NCBI GenBank assembly: GCA_051530055.1
Contig: CM121342.1
Location: forward strand, 1,212,797 to 1,276,796
Length of the DNA: 64,000 nucleotides
From: Neoechinorhynchus agilis
Lineage: Eukaryota; Animalia; Acanthocephala
Direction: 5' to 3'
Made by a program: the position numbers and the translations under genes. Shown here piece after piece: positions 1-13,766 of this stretch. A model generated the notes under the pieces. It was not told where the DNA came from. It made no database searches and worked only from the letters and a program-made list of their open reading frames with translations. The stretch's first letter is position 1; each line of letters starts with the position of its first letter.

Positions 1-965
1 GACTCTTTCTATTGATGGGCCGTTTTAATTGCATTTATGGTTTGGTATGAAATTGAATTACACGTAAATTTTACTATGCAACACTTTAAGTTCTTTCAAA
101 TGTTCTGCTGCTTGCTCATTATATGGGGAAAATCGTGGTAATTCCAGCATCAATCAGTTCGGTCTTAGACATAATGATAAGCAGCATTAACGCTACGTGA
201 CATATCAAATATCTTCAAATACGAAATATACCGGCGCAGTGAGGATAATTGCTGTCTTGTTCAAAGAAACATCGCGTCTGTCGCAAAATGTTTATAAAGC
301 CAGTATTAGTGGGAGAAAACATTTTTATCCCCCGATCACTATAAGTGCCGATTTGGTTAGCGTTTTAGTTAGTTGGAATTCAAGATACGATTTCGTTACT
401 TAGAAAACCATCCCGTAATCTGGGTTGAAACCCTCTCGTTAAATTCACACTTTTAGTTATTCTGTCATGACCTGAGGTTATACAGTATTTGGCGAAATTT
501 GGATTTTAACTTTATCTTTTTCTAAACTTGCATTGTGTCTTATTCTGTCGTGACTTAGGATAATGCAGTATTTGCAGTAAATTAAACATCGAATTTTACG
601 ATCTCTCCATAAACATCGAGTTGTAAAAGAAGTACTTGTTGTCACCTTTCCAGTTAAAACTCCTTTCTATGCGTTATAAATGAAAAATTGAATCTCAGAA
701 TGGTTAGCGAAGCATTTACTAATTTTTTAACAACTTAGCTTATTATACAATTTCAGCATAGTTGGGTGCATAATTATCTATAAATTTCATAGTTTATAGT
801 TAGTTGTATTTGGAGAAAAGGTCGAATTTTTAACTAAAGATATTGCTCACTATCTCAGTCGCAGAAAGAGAACTTTCGAATATAGGTGAAAGCGATTCGT
901 CTAGCCATTCACAAAAAATAAGCGATAAAGAAACTGCTAAACATTGATGTAAAAGCCAACAACGT

Positions 966-1693
966 TCACTGAGAGATTAGCTCGACTTTCTGTCTAGCCT
1001 TGTCCATGAACTTTTCGATGTTAGCTTTATATAAAAATTCCCCCCCCCAGTAATGTTTGAGTCTTCGATACGGATAGTTTTATTTTGGCGACAATTGCTT
1101 CAACATCATTTGCAAATTTGATGTGTTCCACAGTACTTGTTACCCGTTCATTCTAGAATTCACGGATGTGATTCATAACACTTCAAACAGAAGGCTTTAT
1201 AACATAAGTCTTTTGCAAATCAGTTCCATCCAGACAATTGCAACGGTAACCTCTAAATACTTAGAGATAGAAATAGTGTAAGTCAATAAATCATGGAGAT
1301 TATGAACAGATAAGTAAACTGATCTTGATGCCTGTGATTTCATCCACAAAAATATACGCACATAATCTCTTCGTCTTATTGTACCCTGTGAAAGTTGTCA
1401 TCAATTTCGTGCCAGATACTAGATCCGCCTTCTCAAAATTCCATACACCTACTTTCTCATTTAGGTTTGACGATGGCTATTTGGCACGGTTATGAGCGGA
1501 AAAGCCCTTACGTCGATTCAAGAGCCTATTTAATTGGTGCATCATCAACAAATAAAACTAAATGGTAACTATGTACTTCATTAAATTTTAAATGGCACTC
1601 ACGAACCATTACCGTTTTCACGGCCTCAAATCCACCCTTTGTCTCATTAATGTCAAGCATAAGCAGGGTTTCGTCGAACCAAATACCGACTTG
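966..1693 (-). CDS. 3' part of an unidentified multi-exon gene (5' exons probably within ~1.7-2.5 kb)
   Basis: Phase-consistent exons 1693-1613 (QVGIWFDETLLMLDINETKGGFEAVKT), 1557-1512 (FYLLMMHQLNRLLNR) and 1448-~1320 (RVWNFEKADLVSGTKLMTTFTGYNKTKRLCAYIFVDEITGIKI), joined by 55- and 63-nt GT..AG introns. The C-terminal segment (...KTQTLLGG/EFLYKANIEKFMDKARQKVELISQ*) is in frame only if the C9 run at 1040-1048 is C8. No family recognised. Confidence 0.4.
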
Positions 1694-2744
1694 CTGCGAG
1701 AAAAACACATTATCCTATCTTACAAAAAATGAGACACCACTCATGTAACACTAATGTCTGAAAATTTCAATAAAGACATCTAATACTCTGTTTTCCCGTC
1801 TAAACATGATATCCTCCTTTTACTATGTTATATGTGCTTATTGTTGAACGCGATAGCCGTGAATGACCACTCGCCCAAGCAATGCATATTCTGAGGACCA
1901 CTGGCTGTCAGTCAAACATCGCAGCTTATGGAGGATATCTTGTTAATGCTCGAAAAACTACACCTCACGCTAGGTGAGCAAGCACACTTTTGAACATATC
2001 CTACTCAAGTACCCTTTTTGAATTCGCTTATGTACCACACTCAGCGCTTCTTCGTTCATCCAAATCGATATTTATCGGGGTAAAATGCCTATTAGACATG
2101 TTGATAGTACATCGGAGAATTTTCGTGAGCAATCACGTCTATATCGTCTCTACGAATGTGATAAGCTTTCGGTGGGTGTGGCATTCTTCACGAAAAAACC
2201 AATCTGAACACTAATACGAATTTTTTTGTCAATCTTAGTAACACAAAAAGTATTTGAAGCAACGGCTATGATAAACCTGTCCCGTGGGGATTGGGGGAGT
2301 GCTGTGAGCTTTAGGTGAGGTGCTAGATAAATCACTTGGGCGTTCTTTTCTAAGACACAGTCTACTTTCTTGAAAGACGATCCAGGATGGTGTTTTATTC
2401 CGTTTAATAAACCGTAATTGCTCTTTAGCTCGTAAAGATGCTCGAAAGGGGTTCGAAATCATCTTTTGCCAGGCCAACAAGGTGAATATTTCCAGGAACA
2501 GAATTGGTCTTTAATCTACCCATATTTCTCTGAACTAGGTTTGAAAATGAGAAATCATCGACTTCAATTGATTAAGTATTAATGAAATTACTATCTGTTG
2601 CATTTTTCTTGGTATTTTTTCTCTACGTATTTTATATGGCAATGTCCCATAAAAAATCATATACCTCATGAGGTGTCAACCACACTATTCTTCGAAATAT
2701 GCCACTTACCTGTCTTTCACACTTCAGCCCTATAATACTGAAGC

Positions 2745-2807
2745 TTTTTTATAGCGAATTATAATAATTGATTTATTTATTCGATAATTATAATTCGCTA
2801 TAAAAAA
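2745..2807. repeat. Perfect 21-bp inverted repeat with 21-nt loop
   Basis: ttttttatagcgaattataat (2745-2765) and its exact reverse complement (2787-2807). The 12-mer aatactgaagct occurs on both sides (2734-2745, 2829-2840). Confidence 0.85.
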
Positions 2808-5800
2808 GGAAATGATGAACATCTTTACAATACTGAAGCTCCTCTTCTATAAAGTTGCTTAAAATATAATATAATGTTTCAACAAATACTTTATCTATAT
2901 TTATCCTTCTTCAAGCATGTCCCCCAAAAAATCAACAAAGTCGTTAAATCTTTAAGCTGTTAATGAAGAGAGCGAAAGGTTCCAAGTTATCTTGAATTTC
3001 AAAAACGATAATGAGTCATTTTTGTTAGAGTCCTTTGTTTAAATAAATAACAAAGAAATTGAAAACAAATTTAAAATATTATGAAGTCGAAATTTTGACC
3101 GAAAAGCTTGCTCCTTTCGTTTTTAATTCTTACTTTCTGCAAAACACAAAAAACCGAAGATGTTTTTACATGGCTTATATACGTGAGCATACATGTATTT
3201 GCATCCCAAATATATTTGGTGCGGACGTGATTTACCTATTCACAAACATCACATCGTTGCTATTTCAATCATTTAAAAGGTTGGCTGGAGGACATAGATC
3301 GGCTTTTGTACATTTTTGTCAGAATTCAATAGTATTGAAATTATGCTAATCGATTTTATTTAAGTAACCGCCAGATTTAACACTTGAATGCCTCGAACAC
3401 CGACTATTCCGAGGTTTTATAAGGTCTCCCGAAAGCGGTTATCGATCAGTTAACAAACTGGAACCCTACAAGCAATTTTAACTTGCATTTCACGAGCGTT
3501 TTGAAAATTCTGTCATCTTTTGAATTTCAAAGAGGAAATTTTATGAGCAAGGGTACCGTCTGGGTAACTTACTACCACTTCGATTTCAGTGTACCACAAG
3601 TCGCCATCATATAAGATTTCATTGTCGCGTATCTTGAAGCTGTTAAACACAACATCTTCTTTACTAGATCTGCTTACCAATCGTCAATGCTACAAAGTTT
3701 GAATTTTTTTAGGGTTAGATAAAATCGAGTACGTTCAGTGCTCAAATGAATTTTGACAATCTTTTATCTGGGATTATCGTCGCTACAATTCGAAGCTTGT
3801 TTTATGTCTTTGAAAAGCGCACCAAGAAATGTCGCAGTATGATTGCGATTGTTTCCTATAGTATGCGCACGAGAAACTAAAGCCTTAATAAGTTCTCCTA
3901 TTGAAAATATATCTTTAACTCACTTAAGACTTTCCTAAGTACGATTTCCGAAACATGAGACAAAACTGCGAGGAACCTACGTTTTCTTGTTTTTGACACA
4001 ATGATTTTGTTAATCCTGACTGCATAGATCAAGTCAAAACTTTCAATCGGTTAAACAATCAAAAAATATGAATAGAAGGTCATTTTACCTTGTTGGTGTA
4101 GATAGATACCATTCAGTGTGAACTACATTTAGATCAGTTCATAAAATTCTTAATCTTCGGACTTTTCCAAGTCATCGCATGATTTTTGTCCCTTTTTTAT
4201 CCAGTGCAATTTTTATTTCAATTTCACGAAATTCTCTTTTGACATAGTGTGCGCTTTTGTTTCAAGGCAACTATCAACTTGCCTTTAATAACCAACTTAT
4301 GTAATTGCTTAGTTTATTTTCATTACCATAAAACTCCAAATGTTTATTTTAAGTATTTATATCATCGTTGAAAAACATTTTTGCTGGGCAAAAACCACCT
4401 TACTATTTAATGTGCAACTTGAAGAACTTTTGAGAAACAAAACGGCTGCTTTAATTTTTCATGCTCCACAGAAAATCTTAATCCTTTGGGCACATATGAT
4501 TTTGCTACCAGCCGGCGCACGAGTATTATGGAAATTTTAAATTAGAACTAAAATTAAATTCGTAATCTAAACCCTTTGTGCAACCTTCCGTTACGTATAT
4601 GGATTTCCGATAAATATATACGCTCGATGGCTATGGTGACTCTATTAGCTTCCATTTTTGTGTACCCCTTTAAGTCTCCTACAATTTCCTATGTAAATAG
4701 TCTTGTAGGTTTCTTGTCCAAATATACTGATGAACTTATGCTCCTTTTATGAAATTTCACAAATCTAAATAATCGCATCGCACATTCAGACTCTTAATGG
4801 TACGCCAAAGATCTCATAAAATCACTGCTCTTAATTTATGATTCTGCTTAAATATATTTATTCCATTCTACTGATGTACACCATCTTTTGAATATCCCAA
4901 GGGTTTTTTCACGCTATATTTGTATAGAAGGAATGCAGTTTTCGATTTTAATTAGATTTGTTGCTCCACACTGTGAATGTGACTTATAATCTCCAATCAA
5001 GATTCTTTTTGTATACTTTTTGGATGCTAAATAGAGTTTAGACTAAAATAGTTGGTTTTTGTGCTTCGATTTGTCTCGTTAGACTGCCGAAGCACCTTGC
5101 CATTTCCTCAACTGAATATGAGAAGGCCTCACTTTAAATCCTACCGTGCTTTTTATAGCCAAAATGTCGGAACGAGTTAGGTTTAAACAAGGAGAGAGAT
5201 CGGATTCGCAAGCTTGTCAAACGAAGGTTACACTGTTCAAATAATCAATTCTTCGGTCTGGAAAGTCTTGAAAAATTTCACTAAAAAATAGTTGCGATTT
5301 CTAAATTTATCGTAGAAAATAATTATTGATAATTCGCAGCACCATTGTTACCTTCGCTCTTTTAGCACAAATTTACCGATTTCCTTATTTCGTAAACTAA
5401 CGTTTGGATGAACGGCGCTCATTTGCATTGCGATTAAAGCATTTTTCTTAATAAAGTCATATTGTATTTTTCATTAAGAAATACCGATTCACTTAATGCG
5501 AGCAACCGATTCTTGATGACCCTCTCACGACACCCAGGAGACTTTCTTTGAATTATAAGCCTACCGTTTATTCGTACATCGTTGACAGAGTAATGATACC
5601 GTAAGCGTCAAATTTGACTTAAAATTTCCGTTGCAGTGATTCTAAAATACATCGGTACTTGGGAATTTCTGTTAAACGCAATCCCACGTAAATTCCTGCA
5701 TACAGCCCGTGAGTTCGTCCTTCGTACTTATTCTCTAATCTATAATTTCTCAGATGGAATGCGAACTTTAAGGAGCCAGCGTATGTTTATTAACGTTTAC

Positions 5801-8327
5801 TCATTCGGCAAATCACGGTACTTTGTTCGTTCTGTTGTGCTATCATTTTCGAAAAATTCTAAAATGTGCTGGAAAATACGTTTTGTCGACTAATGGGGAT
5901 ATTATCTTTCTAAAAAATGTGCACAATAGTAATAATATCTGCTTTATCGCTCCAGTTTCATTTTTAAAACGCCATCCGTTTGCTTTGATGTAAAAGCGAT
6001 ACCACAAAAATTATTTCGCTCATTTCTTTAGGCTTATCAAAAAACCAGTTTAGCCAATCAAGATAATTTCTTAGGAATTGACGTGTAAATTTAATTACAA
6101 CTTACAGAATTGCAAATCCCAGCTATATTAATTGATGATTTTTGAAATCCTTTACTGAGTGAACAAGCAAATATCGACAATCTCAACTCACAAAACGCTC
6201 ATGTACCCATTTTTTATCCATATTATTAGCCTTTTTAAAAGTCGTATAAGTGCCGCATTAATCACCTGAAAATCACCTCGGCGAAATAATTAATGATTGA
6301 TTACTTCATATTTGCTTTGGTAAAAATGCTTTATTAAAGAAAGGAGTGGAGCTCTTTAAATTATTTTTACATGTTTCGGCGTATTAAGAATGTTTCAATG
6401 TTAATTACAAGCAGCATCTCAAGTATGGAAAATTTATACTAAGATAATTGCGAAATTATACTGTAATCTTCTCTAAAAAATTAAACTTGGAATTTTCATT
6501 GGAAATATTAATTTAGATTTTCAAGAATAGTAAATTCGTTGAGTTTCCCTGAAAATTGTTTTAATCAACATTGACAGTTTGTGTTTTATTATTCACGTGT
6601 AATCTAAACAAAGACAAAAGGATTGACTTCGAATAATTATGAAAAAATATCGCTGAAAGTTGCACAGTTTAAATTTACCTAAACTTATTTTATAACAGTC
6701 ATTAATGTCGCATTTTCCCCTCGACGTTCGGTTTTCCATTATAAAATTTGCCGTCTACTTTTACAATACGGTTATGTATGGACTAGTTCCAATTATTGGC
6801 CAATTCGAACTCCGGGGGCATTAGAGGAATTGGGAATTTATACGATGCAACTGCGATAGATCTAATACCTGAAAGCATTACTTAGGATTTATCTCACGAT
6901 GCCTAAAGCGATGTCTCTTTATTTTGAGACGTAAAAACAATCCAAGAATAAAGCACTTCATTGAAACATTGCAATTATTGTTGGAAGACAGATCCGAAAT
7001 ATACTGATGAAATCGACATTTCGCCCTTTTGTTTGTCAGTACAACCACCCGAACTGCCGAGAAACATAGAAATGGATATCTGAATTACAGCTCTAAATAT
7101 CAATCTTGCAAACAGTTGATGGAGATGAATATTATTAAGGAAATTCGGTACTTGTTTTTCGTCGTTGGAATATGTTGTGGCGTTTTTGGATTTTATGGAT
7201 CTCTAGTTTTCTGCTTTTATCCTAGGAAAATACGTGAATAGCGACTCATACCTCGTTGCTAAAAGTGTGTTCATGGGTTTATTATGGCAGAGCAGAATAC
7301 CGAGTAAAAGCGTGTTGCTAGGACTTGTAATGAATCTAAGTGGTTTCCAGTGTTACTCGTGTTGCTTCTTAAATTTAGTTTTAGTAAGAACCAGAATTTG
7401 TGTCCTCTGTAGTTAATAGATTCTCAAAGTCGACATTGTCAACTGCTTAAAAGTTTGTCTTTTTCGGCTTACTATTAAGCCAAGCAAAACACCTTCGATT
7501 CTGAAAATGTTTGCTTGAGATTCCATTTTTTTAGAAAGATTAAAATACAAAAAAATCATTGCGATTTATTCAATTTAAATAGCTTTATAATATTTAAAAG
7601 AGAATAAATGGGAGCGTTGATCATCTGAATTGGATGTATAAAAGTTCACGAGCCACTTGTTAAATTTGATCTTAAATTTATTGATACATCTAAAGATAAA
7701 AAAATTAACTTTAAAAAAAGAGAATAGTGAATATATGGGTCGCTAGTTTTCAAAAACCTTATTATTTTTGCTGCTTGTAAACTCGAATAAAAGTTAAGAA
7801 ATTTTATTTGAGTAAGGAATCCAGAAAATAATTTAAGCTTAGAGCCTATCACAGATTACTCATGTTTAAAAATATTGTTTGAAAACCTCATTAAACTTTA
7901 ATTTCAGTTATAATAAAGCTTCAAACGGATTTATTTCTAATTTTCGTTCTTAAATAAACATTGGAAAAATCCTCAGGATTGGTAATTTAGGGTTCGCCGT
8001 ATATTTAGGCATTAGATTTATACAAACGTTCAATCATTAAAATCAGGTCCACGAAAATTGCTATTCTAGATGTGTCAGTCATTTACGATTTTTTTTGTCT
8101 TAATGTATTCTTAATAAGTAGAGTCAATGGACAAAAACTTTTTTTCAAACGTAAATTTATAAAAAAATATTTTACTTTGAATGTAACAATTTGTTGAATT
8201 CTTTTTATGGGAAAAATTATACCTGATTTTAAAAATCACATGTTGTTTAGAAATTTTTGATTATCTGCTTAGGGTTAAAAATTTATTCTTAAAGGATGCT
8301 ACAATTCAATTTTTAGGTTCAATAAGA

Positions 8328-8669
8328 TTATTCAATGTTGCCTAAAAGCTTTCCGGTTCTCGACATAATTTTTACAAATTTTTTATCCCCGCCTAACTCG
8401 AAGAGAATAAATGGATCTGCATTCTCACTGTCAATTCGAAGCGAAAGCCCTACTGTGCTCCCGCACATGCAATTTTTATTGCGCGTAAATTGATTTTCTT
8501 TGATTATAATGACGATGCTAGAGTGCGACTGGCGGGTAGTTGCATCCGTAAAAGAGTCCGATACTTTATTTACTGGTCGGTTGATGTTTATTTCGATGGC
8601 ATTTCTCGCTACTAGTCCATCAAGGTAATTCCCTCCCATATATTTCATACAAGGACTTTTCGAATTCAT
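8328..8669 (-). CDS. Hypothetical 113-aa ORF, head-to-head with the Kv gene
   Basis: ATG-initiated ORF with mixed composition; no motif recognised. An ORF of this length could arise about once by chance in a window this size. Confidence 0.3.
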   Translation of the reverse strand: MNSKSPCMKYMGGNYLDGLVARNAIEININRPVNKVSDSFTDATTRQSHSSIVIIIKENQFTRNKNCMCGSTVGLSLRIDSENADPFILFELGGDKKFVKIMSRTGKLLGNIE

Positions 8670-8962
8670 TTACAAATGGAAAAACGGCTAACATATTACC
8701 TCGTATTAGTTTAATTAGAAGTTCCTAGGGCGGCGAAGTGGCTCATTACACTCTTGAATAAAATAGGAAGCTCACAACTTCCTCTTATGGTTTTTTATCT
8801 GTAGGCCTGTTATAATTTACACACTCATATATTACTCACTTTCTTCAATGATCATTTAGTCGTCTGAAGGACGATAATGAACAAGCGAGACATGTTATAA
8901 ATGTACACAAGCATAGACCATCCGATAGTATCGGTTCATCTTCGATCTCTTCCAAAAACAAA

Positions 8963-11523
8963 ATGATCTCGAAAAATATAAAAATCGTTAAAATTCCGGA
9001 TACTTTAAACAAAGACTTACTACGGACAAGCAATGCTTTACAACCATCCGCATATTCCATCAGTCCCAACGATATGAACTCAATTGATAAACGGGGATCT
9101 GGCTGTAGTGTCAGGTCGTCATTTCGACGGTCCGAACCAACTGCATTTCTTGAGTTTGATGATTCAGATGACATGAGTGAATGTAGGCGAATTGTAATTA
9201 ATGTTGGTGGAGTACGGCACGAGACGAACAAAGAAACACTATTACGGCATCCCAATACGCCTCTTGCGGAATTGGCGAGGCAACACACCGATTCCCGTGT
9301 AGAATATTTTATCGATAGACATCCTACTGTTTTCTCGAGTGTACTAAACTACTATCGATCAAGTAAGTGTGACTGCTGAAGACTGAATATCAGAGCTTTG
9401 TTTAGACGAACTGCATGTCCCTTTGGATATTTGTGGAGCCCTCATGAGGCGCGAGTTAGAATATTGGGGAATCAGTGAAGATTTGATCGAACCATGCTGC
9501 TGGACTAGTTATAGCGCTTTCAAGGTATACTTCCTAATCACCTAGCCATTTTATTGCATGTATTGTAGGAGGCACAAAGAACGTTAGCCGATTTGGATTT
9601 GGACATTGAGTTCAATGCAGATAGGCCTGATCCCATGTTAGAGATTCCTGAGAATGAAGGAAAATTGGCTTCCTTTAGACGCAAACTTTGGTATATGCTA
9701 GAAGAGCCGTATTCCTCAAATACAGCAAAGGTTCGCACAAGTTTAGGATGCAAAATCCACATGAGACTTCTCTTTCAAAATTGGTAATTCTCGTATTGTC
9801 TCATGAGGATGCCAAAGTTTCCTAAAAACCATATATGAAGCCTACAGCTTCCCTTAGGCGATATATCCTTTATTTGGAATTTTGCAACATCGTCATTTTT
9901 GTTCTAGGATTTCCACTAATGCGAGCTCTGGTAATACTTATCAATATGAAACTTGTTCCGATAAAAGCAGAACAGGTTATACTAATTCTAGTTCAAAATA
10001 AAATAGCAATGATTATCCGTTGGGTAAACAGTGAAGTTTCTATTCCGAAAACCAGTGCACTTTTTTAAATTAGCTAAAATTAAACGGTCGTCAATATGCA
10101 ATGAATCATAGTGATTTTATCTAGGATAAAGATCTTTTCCGTGCATATAAATAGCCTAGCAAATAAAAAAATGCGCACCAAAATCTAATGATGAATTTTG
10201 GCACTAACCTTTTTTGAAGCTATCTTGAAAAGAAGCTAATTGGATTTATCGTACTTATGAATTTTTAATTAGAATTCATAGGGAATAAACACACGTGAAA
10301 TAAACTTTTATTCGAATATATTTATGCAATATGAATTTTTAAGTACGCTGCGTAAAGCTCAAGAAAAACATATCAGTTTGTGCCAAATTTGCGATTTTTT
10401 AATTCGAATATTTAACATTAAATTTCTGTTTATAGAGCTAAATTTTCAAATTAAGTTTTTCATTTTGTGTTCGGTTCATTTTTGATGTGAGTTTTTAGCC
10501 AAAATTTGTTTAAAACCTACGCTTAACCTTTTATCCGAATCGTGTGTGTAGATATTCACATTTGTGACTTTTGGATTCATCATAGCATCAATATCTGGAA
10601 TGATTTTGGAAACTCACGACTACTTCAAAGTCAACGACACGAGATATCCATACAATCATACGAAACCGAATCCGTTTGCGAATGTATCAAGTGCCGTGCA
10701 AAATCGGTCACAAATCGTGGTAAAGCGACCTCACCCGGCGCTTGAATACCTGGACTACGCATGTACTCTATACTTTAGCATAGAATTCCTGACTCGATTC
10801 AGCGTATCATATGACAAGAAGCAATTCTGGAAGTCGGCATTGAACATTATTGACTTTGTGTCTCTGATGCCACTATACCTGGTGATATTGCTGGATTTGT
10901 TCATCTTCCGAAATCCAGGTGAAACATTGAAGAGCCATTCTCACATGCACGCGGCGTCCTTATTAAAAGTAGTGCTGATCTTACGCGTGGTGCGAGTCCT
11001 ACGATTGTTCAAACTCATGAAGCAATATACCGCACTTAAGATCCTCGTGTATGCCGTTAAAGCAAGCTTCAAGGAGTTGCTCATGCTAGCGATATTTATG
11101 GTGTTGTTTGTTATCTTTTTTGCTACATTCATCTACCATGTTGAGCGAGATCGACGAATAACGTCTATTCCAATGGGTGCTTGGTGGGCCATTATAACAA
11201 TGACAACCGTGGGTTATGGTGATGTGTATCCTGAAACGGGATTGGGATACGTGTGTGGAGCACTATGTGGAGTTTGCGGAGTTCTCGTGGTAGCACTCAC
11301 CATTCCTATTATCTCAAACAACTTTACTCTCTTCTACTCACATGCGCAATCTCGGTCAAAACTGAACAGAACACAAAGAAGACTTTTTATCAAAAAACAA
11401 AAGGAAAGACAGTTCAGGAGACGTCTTCTTAGACAAGACAGACGACCAACCGACCTTAACAGGAAAGATTCAAACAATTCTCAAGCACTTAAAATTGTTG
11501 TTAGCGAAGATTCTAATGTTTAA
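8963..11523 (+). CDS. Shaw: Voltage-gated potassium channel, Shaw/Kv3-like (4 exons: 8963-9362, 9406-9524, 9569-9730, 10552-11523)
   Basis: T1/BTB domain (IVINVGGVRHET...YFIDRHP; after splicing ELHVPLDICGALMRRELEYWGISEDLIEPCCW, with the Kv3-type EPCCW), S4 ILRVVRVLRLFKL and pore WWAIITMTTVGYGDVYP. Introns of 43, 44 and 821 nt are GT..AG and keep the frame. Confidence 0.95.
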
Positions 11524-12681
11524 GAAAATAACCATACACAAACGGAGAACGAAATTTTGTTGCTCTGTAAAAATGTAAAACATTGACTAATTTTTTATTG
11601 TTTGCTCTTTTAACGTCTATGGAAATATAAGGCATAATCTTTTGTTAATTTAAAATGTGGTGAATTCTCTAATTTGCACCTAGCAATCTTGAAACAGAAA
11701 AGGTTGCCTATATTTCGTTGTATCTCTTTCAAACGATACATTTTCTCGAATTGCTCAAAATAGTGTAATAAAAGAAAAGCATTGCGGTAATACGAGAATA
11801 TCATAGACAAACATTTACGAACCTAAAATCATGACACTGAACACATTTAATGAAAAATCAACATTAAGAAAGCAATTATATCATCGGTCAAATTATTGTA
11901 CAAGGCGACAAGCAAGGAGCTGGTAATAGTTTGTAAATATTTTGGTCTCTATACCTGGCCACTAAAAAATGAATCGCTCACACTCGATTTCACAACCGAT
12001 CAAAAGGTTTCGCACACAGCTTAACAAATAAAATCGAAGTGATTTTTACTTTAGGTACAATGAGTGTCATCGTTAAATTATTATTTTAACGAAACGGACC
12101 GTATTAGCATTTTAGGGTTGGCGTTGTCGGCCAAATCGTGTTTAACTGTTTTGCAAACGATTCTTTAAATGTAGTCTCAGTTTGTCTCAATCGTCACCTA
12201 AATTCCTTATGGATGAATACAGTATATTCATGAAGTGCTATCTATCGCCTTTTTAGTAAGTAATTTAGGATTGGGCATCGAAGATCGATGAACAATAACG
12301 CGTTTAAATTTTTATCTAGGAACCAACGAATAAGTTTGCCTTTCCTTTGTCCGAACGTTTACAAGCCGCGTTGCAATGTCTGTCGATCATACGATGAATA
12401 ATAAAATGCATCTTTAATTCAAATTAAAGCTGTAAAAACGGTAATGGACCAAAAAAGATAAATTTGATGTAAATCTAAAAAGTACTTCATAAAAGAATTT
12501 TTTTATTTTTTGAAGTCTAGTCAGCCGGCCAGCTGATAATTTTCCTTGGGCACACAGCCCACCGATCTGGTTGATCGACTGAAAAGTTACCGGCTGGCTA
12601 GATTTAAAAAAATAGAAAAATTCAATTGGCCCAGAATTAAAAAAAATCAAAACTGGCAGAGTTTGTACATTCCGTAGTTGT

Positions 12682-12990
12682 GCCGAGGTGGTCCAGTGGA
12701 CTAGAGCTCTTGATTCCCGTTTGGGTCAAAGGGTTAAATGTCAATTTCTGCCGATGACTCATAACCAAAAAGGACGTAATACTGTTGAAGGGAGGAGGAA
12801 ACTCACTGATGAATCCTGCCTCATCGGGAGGTATCTGAGGATCCGGACGGGGATGTACAAACCCATTACCGTATGGTCATGGGTATTAAGTGTGATTTTA
12901 TGCGCTTCCCTGAACCAGATCGGTGGGCTGTGTACTCAAGCAAAATCATCAGCCGTGAGGCCACACAAAGATACTGAAAAGAAATTTATT
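12682..12990 (+). mobile_element. Possible tRNA-derived SINE
   Basis: 5' end GCCGAGGTGGTCCAGTGGACTAGAGC resembles a tRNA 5' half/A-box, followed by a degenerate B-box-like GGTTAAATGTC, a GC-richer body and an A-rich end. About 42 bp of its 3' part (12911-12953) recurs inverted at 12532-12573. Confidence 0.35.
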
Positions 12991-13131
12991 GACATATACA
13001 ACGGAAAGGACTTTCAAATTTTAAAATCCAATGATGTCGCATTCCCAAGATACAGAAAGACGACAGTCTAAGATAGATGTTGATAAAACCGTTACCTAGT
13101 ATTTTGATGCAACATTAAAAACTTAGAAGCA

Positions 13132-13170
13132 ATATCTGGAGAGGTGGATTTTGTCCACGAAATATTATAT
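13132..13170 (+). ncRNA. Minimal hammerhead ribozyme motif with core A6>G change (probably inactive)
   Basis: ATAT-CTGGAGA-G-GTGGA-ttttg-TCCAC-GAAA-TA-TT-ATAT: perfect 4-bp stem I and 5-bp stem II; core CUGGAGA instead of CUGANGA. Confidence 0.6.
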
Positions 13171-13766
13171 AACATGAATACGTCTCAGGGCTTGAACCGC
13201 TCTACAAGAATATCTTTCCACCCGATTGTGATCATGCATGAAATTTCAAAATAAAAATCATGATTTTCCCGTAAAGACGGACGAAGAACAAAAACATTTT
13301 TTACCTTGCGACTTCTGAAACGAGCAATTTAACCATTCGAAACATTAAATAGATGAACTAATACAGCGAGTTTTTAAAAATCAGTATATATTTTTTAAAT
13401 TTGCGAACATTTATTAGTTGATGTTAGTAAGTAGAAGCGTACAATCGAAATTTTTCGTGTAAACCTTGACATATGGTAGCTCATATTTAATTGATTATTC
13501 CCTCTAAAAACTCACTGCAATGAAATAATTTCGATCGCTACGGCAATTTATTTACGGAATATTTCTAAAAATTAAACCGCCTGTTCAGAAGCTAGTAAGT
13601 TAAATATGTCATCTTTATTAGATTCTATTGACGTTTATTCTGTTTACAAAATGAGTTGCATTTCTACAATGAGCAGGACTCCAACCTCAACGGCTTAATC
13701 GGGGAATCCATTATTTAAGTAAATCAAAATGTCGATATGAGAGAAAGTACCGGAGTATATGATTAA

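Noticed and set aside
457-585. Imperfect ~45-bp direct repeat with 83-bp period
   Set aside because: Two diverged copies only; an ordinary local duplication.
4728-4760. CTGATGA...GAAA hammerhead-like spacing
   Set aside because: The intervening bases cannot form stem II.
8845-9288. 147-aa minus ORF and similar antisense ORFs over CNG, FAM210, PLD6 and PLE sequences
   Set aside because: They lie antisense to recognised coding sequence and are explained as shadows.
12806-12850. Hammerhead core CTGATGA followed by the stem atcct/aggat
   Set aside because: No GAAA after the stem.
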